IMG/VR virus record: IMGVR_UViG_3300006750_000002
Location: 1-64,000 of that record
Origin: a virus
DNA: 64,000 nt
Strand: one strand, 5' to 3'
Shown: positions 48,631 to 56,670 of the stretch, piece after piece
How the letters are laid out: each line of letters begins with the position of its first letter
Numbering within the stretch: the stretch's first letter is position 1
Notes under the pieces: generated by a model
What the model saw: only the letters and a program-made list of their open reading frames with translations
The model's database searches: none
What the model was told of the DNA's origin: nothing
Translations under genes and position numbers: made by a program

Positions 48631-49377
48631 ATGAAATTTAATTATAAAAAACAAAAGTTAGTGGAAAGTTTGGGGTATGACGTAAACTTTAAAAAAACCT
48701 ACGGTAGTAAGGCACAAAACGTTAGGGTCACACCAAACCAATTCCAAAGATTAATGGAGGCATATATGATATATGAAGAAACTCTAGAAATGAAAGGTTT
48801 AGATGCTGAGTTATCAGAATACGATAGTTCTTTTCAAACAGAATTAAGTGATGATATTCTAGACGAAATGAACTTTGGTGATGATGGTGGTTTAAATCTA
48901 CAAGCTGACGTAAATACTGATACGGAAAACTTCAATAACCCTATAGATTTGGACGAGGTTAACTATGAAGATGTGGACCACTCTGATAGAGATGAGTTTG
49001 ATGGGAGAAAATCTAGGGTTGTAGGTGTCGATTCTGACATACACAAACAACGTGAGATGAGTGAAGATTCTGAGGGTGAAGAGGCGTATAACTACGATGA
49101 AGATTTACACCACGACAGAATTGAATTGCGTAATTTGGATAATGAAAGAGACCGTTCTAGTGATTCGTCAAGAGATGGGATAGACCAACATATTGCCGCT
49201 CTTGTTAATTCAATGAAATATGACGAAAAAAGAGGTGTGGGTAAAGACGATAAATACCGTAGAGAACCAGGAGAACATTTTTTCCACTACGGTAATGGGT
49301 TAGCTGAATCTAAAACGCAAAAAACAAAACTTTTAAAACAAGCTAAGCGTGAATTAGCAAGGCGTTTGAAGAAATAG
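48631..49377 (+). CDS. Acidic hypothetical protein
   Basis: 248-aa D/E-rich ORF between sheath and terminator. Confidence 0.7.
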   Translation: MKFNYKKQKLVESLGYDVNFKKTYGSKAQNVRVTPNQFQRLMEAYMIYEETLEMKGLDAELSEYDSSFQTELSDDILDEMNFGDDGGLNLQADVNTDTENFNNPIDLDEVNYEDVDHSDRDEFDGRKSRVVGVDSDIHKQREMSEDSEGEEAYNYDEDLHHDRIELRNLDNERDRSSDSSRDGIDQHIAALVNSMKYDEKRGVGKDDKYRREPGEHFFHYGNGLAESKTQKTKLLKQAKRELARRLKK

Positions 49378-49399
49378 ATTTCCTATATGATATGACAAT

Positions 49400-49427
49400 A
49401 AAAAAAGGTCCTGATGGACCTTTTTTT
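49400..49427. terminator. Bidirectional Rho-independent terminator
   Basis: AAAAAAAGGTCC-TGAT-GGACCTTTTTTT between convergent genes. Confidence 0.88.
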
Positions 49428-49438
49428 ATTGGGTATTA

Positions 49439-50218
49439 CTACAAACGTATGTTTCTTCCAACGTATGTTTTCCAAGCTTCACTCTTATCATATTTTTGGT
49501 TGATTTTTTCAACAACTTGTGAAGGCAATTCTTCTTTGTCCAAAAAGTCTTTAGTTATTTTACATTTAACAGATGTAATTTCTTCATTCACCAAAGAAAC
49601 TTTAGCTTTTAACTCATCGATTTGTTTTTGCAATTCTTCCTTTTCTTCCTGTACTTTAACGAACTCCACATTATTACTGAATTCCTCAGTCCAAGCTTCC
49701 TCATAGGTGTTAGAGGTAAATAAGGATACGTGATTTGTAGTGTAGTCACGGTTAATAACGTCTACCGAATTTAATAAGTTGGCATTTAGGTCTGTCATGA
49801 GTTGAGAAATCATGTTAGTGGTTAACTCAGGAATACTATCTAGGAACTCTTGATATACCCTCTCGTACTTCTCCATCTTATTTTTTCTCGTACGAATTCC
49901 AGTGAATTTAAATTCAAATCTTTTTGATTGATTTACGTGGTAGGTATTCTCCCCACCAGGACAGTCATTCGTATACTTACAAATTTTAATAAGGTCTGGA
50001 TTGGCAGACTTTAAAATATCTACAGTTTCTGATTTAAGTGTTACATATACTGTTAAGTGGTTAGAACGGTCCAGAACATATTCAGAGTCTACAACTTTTT
50101 CACAGTTGTTTGGTGATACGTAAGTTTTAACCACAACGTCATTTTCGGTAATACCCTCTACTACGTTTAAAAACTTGTTTCCGTTCTCAAATAAACTTTC
50201 TATTTTCTCTATTTTCAT
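49439..50218 (-). CDS. Hypothetical early protein with C-terminal coiled coil (likely start MKIEKIE)
   Basis: The ORF-track start at 50248 overlaps the promoter, so the ATG at 50218 is preferred. Confidence 0.65.
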   Translation of the reverse strand: MKIEKIESLFENGNKFLNVVEGITENDVVVKTYVSPNNCEKVVDSEYVLDRSNHLTVYVTLKSETVDILKSANPDLIKICKYTNDCPGGENTYHVNQSKRFEFKFTGIRTRKNKMEKYERVYQEFLDSIPELTTNMISQLMTDLNANLLNSVDVINRDYTTNHVSLFTSNTYEEAWTEEFSNNVEFVKVQEEKEELQKQIDELKAKVSLVNEEITSVKCKITKDFLDKEELPSQVVEKINQKYDKSEAWKTYVGRNIRL

Positions 50219-50245
50219 GTCTTTCCTTTGTCGTTTTGTTATGCA

Positions 50246-50327
50246 CAAATATAAGGGATTTATGTCTAACTACCAAATTAAACGTAAAGAATTATCTTTA
50301 TTTAATGATTTTTTTTTATTATATTTG
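50246..50327. promoter_or_regulatory. Divergent Bacteroidota-type promoters
   Basis: Minus: TTTG-N20-TATATTTG (50246-50277). Plus: TATATTTG at 50320-50327. Confidence 0.75.
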
Positions 50328-50350
50328 TGCTAAACAGTAAAAGACAATAA

Positions 50351-50794
50351 ATGAAATTAGCACTATTTGATTTTGATAACACACTATTCGAAACACCATA
50401 TAATGAAGACCCAAATTATATGGATAGGCCGCAAAGCCTTTCCACACGTAAATGGAAATTTAAACCAATTCTAGAAACAATTAACGCATATGAGATAAAT
50501 TCAACATGTGACAATACCAAACTTATACTACTCACTAACAGGATTAGTGATGTTTATTTAGAACTTAAATCTATATTAGAGTCCCACGGGTTGAGATTTG
50601 ACGAATATATGACCATTGTCGGGGTTGATGGGGACAGGTCCAAGGGTAACAGATTAAAATCCTTAATTGAAAAGTATGGTGTTGTTACTGAGGTAGAGTA
50701 TTGGGAAGATAAGGATAAACATATCGTTGACGTTATGTCTATTATGGAGTCCTACCCTAACATTGCCCTTAAGATAAATAAAGTAACTATTTAA
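50351..50794 (+). CDS. HAD phosphatase (RNA-repair 'Swiss Army knife' HAD-like)
   Basis: LALFDFDNTLF, LLTNR, YWEDKDKH. Confidence 0.75.
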   Translation: MKLALFDFDNTLFETPYNEDPNYMDRPQSLSTRKWKFKPILETINAYEINSTCDNTKLILLTNRISDVYLELKSILESHGLRFDEYMTIVGVDGDRSKGNRLKSLIEKYGVVTEVEYWEDKDKHIVDVMSIMESYPNIALKINKVTI

Positions 50795-51440
50795 TTCTAT
50801 TTATACTACCACTAGCTCTTTCACCAACACCCAAGTCGTGTGTATTATCTACAATCCAATAATTGTCTACCATAGGTATTAGGTCTTTAACTACCCGCCT
50901 AACTTTATCATGGTAATCTATAACCATATCTCTAGGTAAACTACGGTCACGCTCTTGATTTCTATTTAAAGCTTTATCTAGTTCTGTCACTACGTGGACA
51001 ATAGTCACATTATACCCATTTTCTTTAGCTAGATTAATTACATCGTTCATGACCCCTCTTTGTCCACCACCCGCATCGTAAACTATGTTAGGCATGTGCC
51101 CTCTTTCTACTCCTATAAAATTCTTCAAAAACTTAATGGTTAAATTTCTAGGGTCTGATGTGGTGTGAGACATATCTAGTATTTTAGCGTACCCTTCTTC
51201 TGTTGAAATGTTTTCTTTCCACTGGTCCCCCCATAAATTTTTAGCTAACGAAACTCTATAGTTATCTACATTAAATTGTTTATAGTCGGGCAGGTCTATA
51301 AAATTCTGGGTAACATAACTTTTGCCAGCTCCAGGACCACCAGCTATAATTACAAAATTACCCTTAGGGTTGTCAAAACCTACCATCTTTGACTCAACCA
51401 ACATCAACTTTTTAATTTTATTAATCTCTTTAAGTAACAT
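50787..51440 (-). CDS. P-loop nucleotide kinase (zeta-toxin/AAA_33-like)
   Basis: IIAGGPGAGKSY, FNVD, IVYDAGG, ALNRNQERDR. Confidence 0.75.
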   Translation of the reverse strand: MLLKEINKIKKLMLVESKMVGFDNPKGNFVIIAGGPGAGKSYVTQNFIDLPDYKQFNVDNYRVSLAKNLWGDQWKENISTEEGYAKILDMSHTTSDPRNLTIKFLKNFIGVERGHMPNIVYDAGGGQRGVMNDVINLAKENGYNVTIVHVVTELDKALNRNQERDRSLPRDMVIDYHDKVRRVVKDLIPMVDNYWIVDNTHDLGVGERASGSINRIK

Positions 51441-51575
51441 ATCTACATATAAATATATTTATTAATAAGAATATTATAAAAAATATAATTACAAAATCGT
51501 GCCTACCTAAGGATTAAAACTTTTAACGGTACTTATATGATATATGGAATGTCCTATGGGTAAAATTTTAAATAA

Positions 51576-52244
51576 ATGAATTACATTAGAAGAATACTTA
51601 GAGAGTATACGGAACAACCTTTAAATGAGTTAGCTAAAACTAATCGTTTAATTCTTTTAGACGTGGACGACACACTACTTAAACCTACTGGAGTATACAT
51701 CTATAGAAACTTACCTTCAGATAGTGAAGAAGTGACTTTAACCCCGTACGAATACGGATTAGAACATGTAACGCAAGACACAAAACAATATTACGATTAC
51801 CGAGATTTTATGGACCCCGTAAAGACCCAACAGTCTATTGAAAAAGCAGAACCCATAGTAGCTAACCTATCTGTAATGGATGACTACCTAAAATTAGGAC
51901 ATCAGATTGGAATACTAACCGCAAGGTCTAACGAAGACATTGTATATGATGGGTTAAGACAATTCTTAATGTATAAAGACAGTAAGGGGAATTTGGTCCC
52001 AATAGGTGACAGGTTATCTAGAGAAAATGTGTACGCTATAAATGATATAGACCGAGTTAGGACTCTTGAATCGGAAACAGATTATGAAAAGAAAGCTGAG
52101 GTAGTAGAAAAACTTTTAACTAAGTATGATGAAATAGTTTTCATAGATGATGATATGAAAAATATTAAACAAATGAAACTATTAAAGAGAGATTTACCGG
52201 AAAAGCTTGCTAATAAATTATTTGTAATGCATGCTAAAGAATAA
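51576..52244 (+). CDS. HAD-family phosphatase
   Basis: LLDVDDTLL, ILTAR, FIDDDMKNI. Confidence 0.8.
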   Translation: MNYIRRILREYTEQPLNELAKTNRLILLDVDDTLLKPTGVYIYRNLPSDSEEVTLTPYEYGLEHVTQDTKQYYDYRDFMDPVKTQQSIEKAEPIVANLSVMDDYLKLGHQIGILTARSNEDIVYDGLRQFLMYKDSKGNLVPIGDRLSRENVYAINDIDRVRTLESETDYEKKAEVVEKLLTKYDEIVFIDDDMKNIKQMKLLKRDLPEKLANKLFVMHAKE

Positions 52245-52393
52245 AGTCTTTAAGAAGTATTTATATAAATATAATAGCTTTTATGCTAGTAGATATATGG
52301 AATGAGAAAAATAAAGTAAAGGGTTAATCTAGTCGATTTTTAAAAACCCGTATATTTATTAAGAAATAACAATACAAAACAAAAAAAACTAAC

Positions 52394-52882
52394 ATGGCTG
52401 ACTTATTAATGAAAATGCCCATACCGTATGAACCTAAAAAGAAAAATAGGTTTATCTTAAGATTCCCTTCTTCATTGGGCATTAATGAGTGGTATGTGGA
52501 AAGTACTTCGAGACCTGCTGTTAACATTAATCCAGTAGAAATCCCTTTCTTAAACACTTCTACATATGTGGCAGGTAGATTTACATGGAACACTATTAGT
52601 GTGACATTTAGAGACCCTATAGGGCCATCAGCAGCACAAGCTCTAATGGAGTGGGTAAGATTACACGCAGAATCAGTAACAGGTAGAATGGGTTACGCTG
52701 CGGGTTATAAAAAAGACATTGATTTAGAGATGCTAGACCCTACTGGTGTGGTTGTAGAAAAGTGGATAATGCAAGGGACATTCTTAACCGATGTAAACTT
52801 TGATAGTTTGGGTTACAGTGATGATGCAATAGCTAGTATATCAGCAACTCTAAGACCAGATAGATGTATTTTAGTATACTAA
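52394..52882 (+). CDS. gp19: Tail tube protein
   Basis: YEPKKKNRF, WNTISVTFRDPIG, YKKDIDLEMLDPTG...EKW, DRCIL. Confidence 0.9.
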   Translation: MADLLMKMPIPYEPKKKNRFILRFPSSLGINEWYVESTSRPAVNINPVEIPFLNTSTYVAGRFTWNTISVTFRDPIGPSAAQALMEWVRLHAESVTGRMGYAAGYKKDIDLEMLDPTGVVVEKWIMQGTFLTDVNFDSLGYSDDAIASISATLRPDRCILVY

Positions 52883-52903
52883 TAGTATAAACATATTAAG
52901 ATT

Positions 52904-52931
52904 AAGACCCACACTAAGTTGTGGGTCTTTT
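52904..52931 (+). terminator. Rho-independent terminator
   Basis: AAGACCCAC-ACTAAGTT-GTGGGTCTT-TT. Confidence 0.8.
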
Positions 52932-53543
52932 ATTTAATGGGGCTAAATTTTTATTTTTGGGATAAGGTTCTTCTCCCCATAAACAGTTTAATGTTTTATC
53001 GAACACTAGTAGGTATCGGTGTTTACGGTCACGAGCTCTCCACTTTCCTTTTTTTCCTTTCACGGGACCTCTTTGGTGTTTAACAAAAGAACCATCCTCC
53101 ATTTCGAACCAAAAATCCTTTTTAAATGAAGTTAAACCGTAGTATTTGAAATTTGTCGCTTGATATATGAATCCCGTATGTAACGACGAATCAGCGTAGG
53201 ATAAAATAGACTTTACCTCAGTTTTTTTTCTTAACAACTTAATTGATTTGGAAACAAACCAAGATAAAACATTTTTTTCTTTAATTGTGGGGCTAAGGCA
53301 CAATCTACCTAACTCATAAACACCCCCCTGTTCATCTCTCTTTAACCCAAAACAACCCTTTAATGTCTCAGGTACGGAAGGGGAGTGAAAGATGCAGACA
53401 CCAACCAATTCAGAGTCTTTATATAACCCAAAATTAAATCCACTTCTAAATCCTTTACTTTGTTTGTTTAAATAATGATATTGTGAAAGTATGGACTTAC
53501 ACAAATCTTTACTTATCATTTGTATGTTATAGGTTTTATCCAT
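52914..53543 (-). CDS. Mom-like (GNAT-fold) DNA base-modification protein
   Basis: HYL, LVGVCIF, ELGRLC, LSYADSSLHTGFIYQATNFKYYG match the Mu Mom family pattern. Confidence 0.7.
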   Translation of the reverse strand: MDKTYNIQMISKDLCKSILSQYHYLNKQSKGFRSGFNFGLYKDSELVGVCIFHSPSVPETLKGCFGLKRDEQGGVYELGRLCLSPTIKEKNVLSWFVSKSIKLLRKKTEVKSILSYADSSLHTGFIYQATNFKYYGLTSFKKDFWFEMEDGSFVKHQRGPVKGKKGKWRARDRKHRYLLVFDKTLNCLWGEEPYPKNKNLAPLNKRPTT

Positions 53544-53591
53544 TATGATAATTATAGCAAAAATAAATTAAAAAGTACATAAAATAAACAA

Positions 53592-54368
53592 ATGGACCCA
53601 AGAGAATACTCAGACCCAACCCAAACGAACATACCATATGATGTGGTTCCTCTCCCGTCTAAAGGAATGTTCTACCAGAATAAGTTAGAGTCTGTAAAGG
53701 TAACATATTTAACCGCATCAGACGAAAACCTTCTCAGTTCTCCTAATATAGTAGAAAGTGGAAACATAATAGACGAATTATTAAGAAGAAAGATTTTAGG
53801 AAGTGAGGTGAATATTACAGAAATGTTAGAATGTGATAAACAAGCGGTTCTAATATTTTTACGTAACACTGCTTTCGGAGCGACATATGAGTTTACACTA
53901 ACTGACCCCAAAACAAAAGAATCCTTTAACCACACACACGATTTAAGTAGTGTTAGTATGAAAGAGTTTAATTTAATAGCGGACGAAAAAGGAGAATTTT
54001 CCTACTCCCTACCCATAACTAAAAAAATAGTTAAATTTAAATTTTTAAGCTCTACACAAGAAACGGAACTATCAAACATAGACTCACAATATGAAGGTAG
54101 AATTTCACCTAAAGTTACAAGAAGACTGGAATATCTTATACAAGAGATAGAAGGTGAAAGAGACAAAGGTAATTTAGCACAAATGATTCAATCAATGCCA
54201 ATAAAAGATTCTCAGGGGTTTAGAAACTACGTTAAAGACAACGAACCTGGGTTGGATTTAAAAGTAACAGTAAGGGCACCGTCAGGAGAAGAGGTCACAA
54301 CTTCGGTTGTGCTTGGTGCCCATTTTTTTCGTCCTTTCTTCGGAATACAGGCAGGGCGTGCTGGATGA
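53592..54368 (+). CDS. Tail assembly chaperone / baseplate hub assembly protein (T4 gp26-like)
   Basis: VPLPSKGMFY, TASDENLL, DKQAVLIFLRNTAFG, PGLDL; upstream of tape measure. Confidence 0.75.
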   Translation: MDPREYSDPTQTNIPYDVVPLPSKGMFYQNKLESVKVTYLTASDENLLSSPNIVESGNIIDELLRRKILGSEVNITEMLECDKQAVLIFLRNTAFGATYEFTLTDPKTKESFNHTHDLSSVSMKEFNLIADEKGEFSYSLPITKKIVKFKFLSSTQETELSNIDSQYEGRISPKVTRRLEYLIQEIEGERDKGNLAQMIQSMPIKDSQGFRNYVKDNEPGLDLKVTVRAPSGEEVTTSVVLGAHFFRPFFGIQAGRAG

Positions 54369-54525
54369 AATCTATTATCTAGTAAAATTCGCAAATTTTA
54401 ATCACAAAGACTTAACAAATATGCCTGTTTATGAACGTAGGTATTATCTTAGTAAACTTATAGAAGAGTTTGACAAGAAAAAAGAAGCTGCAGAAAAACA
54501 AAAGAACAAGTCTGGAGGATTTTAA
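54331..54525 (+). CDS. Downstream chaperone segment (gp51/GT-like), probably expressed by frameshift from the previous ORF
   Basis: VLSSEYRQGVLDEIYYL...MPVYERRYY; no ATG before this conserved-looking part; CATTTTTTTC at 54321-54330. Confidence 0.6.
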   Translation, partial: VLSSEYRQGVLDEIYYLVKFANFNHKDLTNMPVYERRYYLSKLIEEFDKKKEAAEKQKNKSGGF

Positions 54526-54559
54526 AAGTAGATAGTTATCTATTTATATAAAAAAGACT

Positions 54560-56623
54560 ATGGGACCACTAGATTTTACTAAAGCGTGGAAGAACTTAAC
54601 TAACGCTGAACGAACGAGCTTCGGTGGGACGGAAGCTGAATATATCAAAAATCAGAAAACACTCAAAAGTACTCAGTCTAAGTCCACCCAATCAAACGAT
54701 AATCTAGCTGAAGGCCAAAACAAACTTAGTGGTATACTTAATAAAAATCTAGGACTATGGATTGACCTAAAAGATTCTATAGTAGGTGCCGAAGGTGCTC
54801 AATCTACCCTTAATAGTGTTACAAATATTGCGGTCGCTGCCCTAGAAAGAGAACAAAAAATACGTACTGAAATAGTTCAAGAGTTAGGGCAGGTGGGTGC
54901 CCTCCAACAAATGCAAAATGAAAATATTTTTCAAGCTTCAATAGAAGCTGAAAGATATGGTGTTACGTTAGACGAAGTATTAACCACAGTATCATCCCTA
55001 GCTCAACAAATGGGGAGAAATATGTTTATATCTGATGACGACATCGCTAGAGTAGCCATTTTTCAAAAAGCTATGGGTCTTACCAGTTCTGAAGCTGCAA
55101 ATATCTCTAAGTATTTCGACCAAATGGGATTCTCGATAGGAGAATCTATAGACAAGGGCAATGAAATGGCCACAGTTGCAAGACAGATGGGTGTTAATGT
55201 GGGTGATTTTATGAGTACAGTTTCATCTAATATGAAATTAATGAATACCTACAATTTTGCAGATGGTGTACAAGGGTTTGCAAAAATGGCCGCTCAAGCA
55301 CAAAAATTAGGTATTAGTATGGAGACTACAGCTGCCCTTGCAGAAAAAGTAATGGACCCAGAAGGAGCTATAGAATTAGCGGCAAACTTACAAGTAATTG
55401 GTGGTGCTGTTGGAGACTTAGCGGACCCATTTAAAATGATGTACATGGCGACCAACGATTTAGCTGGTTTACAAGATTCCTTAGTACAGGCAGGACAAGA
55501 ACTTGCGATGTTTAATGAAGAGACGGGTGAAATATCGTTTCCTCCGACTGCTCAGAGACAATTACGTGCTATGGCAGATGCTTTAGGTATGAATAAAGAG
55601 GAGTTTGCTTCGATGATTAAACTCCAAACAAAGTTTAAGTCAATGCAAAACCAATTCTCTTTTGAATTAGAAGGAAGAGAAGACATGCAGGAGTTTGTTA
55701 CTAGTATGGCCAGTTTAAATCAACAAACTGGTAAATATGAAATTAAAGTTCCTGGTTTAGATGACGCAGTCGAAATAGAAGACCTAACATCTAAACAACT
55801 AGACGCTTTAAAAGAAGTTCAAGACCAACAACAAATGACTGAAAAAGAGTTGATGGCGGAACAAACAGGTGTGTTAAAAAGCATTGAGAATAACACCAAC
55901 GCTCTAAATACCGCATTATTGGGGGGTGTGATAGAAGGTTTAGATTTAAGTAAGGTTTCCGTAGACCTGAGTCAAGCTATTAATAAAGCTTTTAGTAGTG
56001 ATGAATTAGGTAAAATTAGTGATAATCTTGCAGGATTACTATCAAGTGGTATGGAAAATGTGTTTGGTACTGAAATGTCTAACATTACAGGAATGATTGG
56101 TGAGGGTGGTAATGTTATGCAAGCTCTCATAGGCACCGCTATGGGTGGAACAGGGGACATAATGGAATTAATGACCGAAGCAAGTAAAAAAGATTTTGTG
56201 GTACAACAAGGATATTTTAAGATAAGTGAAGTAAAAGGGAAAGATGTAAATGATTTTAGTTTAGACCCTGGCAACACAAGAGCTGTTCTAACAGCAGATA
56301 GTGGATTTTTAATACCTTCAGTAAACGATACCGTAAGTGGTGTTGATTTAACCGCAGGAGCAAAAGGAGCAAATTTAGGTTCCTTAGTTAGTGGTGGTGG
56401 AAGTGTTCCAGAAAAAACAATAAAAGTAGAGTTTACTGGAATACCCTCCAGAATCCCGATTGAATTAAACGGTAAAAATATGGGAGACTTTAATTGGAAA
56501 GGTCTAATAGGTGACAACCTATTCATGCAAAACTTAAAATCACAGTTAATAGAAACTAACCTAACTACCGCTTCAGGTATGAATAATGAAAGAGAGTTAG
56601 CTAGGTATGATAGTATGGTATAA
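54560..56623 (+). CDS. Tape measure protein
   Basis: A/Q/M-rich helical ORF after the chaperone; PEGAIELAANLQVIGG. Confidence 0.8.
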   Translation: MGPLDFTKAWKNLTNAERTSFGGTEAEYIKNQKTLKSTQSKSTQSNDNLAEGQNKLSGILNKNLGLWIDLKDSIVGAEGAQSTLNSVTNIAVAALEREQKIRTEIVQELGQVGALQQMQNENIFQASIEAERYGVTLDEVLTTVSSLAQQMGRNMFISDDDIARVAIFQKAMGLTSSEAANISKYFDQMGFSIGESIDKGNEMATVARQMGVNVGDFMSTVSSNMKLMNTYNFADGVQGFAKMAAQAQKLGISMETTAALAEKVMDPEGAIELAANLQVIGGAVGDLADPFKMMYMATNDLAGLQDSLVQAGQELAMFNEETGEISFPPTAQRQLRAMADALGMNKEEFASMIKLQTKFKSMQNQFSFELEGREDMQEFVTSMASLNQQTGKYEIKVPGLDDAVEIEDLTSKQLDALKEVQDQQQMTEKELMAEQTGVLKSIENNTNALNTALLGGVIEGLDLSKVSVDLSQAINKAFSSDELGKISDNLAGLLSSGMENVFGTEMSNITGMIGEGGNVMQALIGTAMGGTGDIMELMTEASKKDFVVQQGYFKISEVKGKDVNDFSLDPGNTRAVLTADSGFLIPSVNDTVSGVDLTAGAKGANLGSLVSGGGSVPEKTIKVEFTGIPSRIPIELNGKNMGDFNWKGLIGDNLFMQNLKSQLIETNLTTASGMNNERELARYDSMV

Positions 56624-56670
56624 GTCTAAGATTTCTATTAACGAATATTTATATTAATAAATAAGACAAT

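Noticed and set aside
50787-51440. Epsilon-zeta toxin-antitoxin system
   Set aside because: No co-transcribed upstream antitoxin ORF; the zeta similarity is only fold-level.
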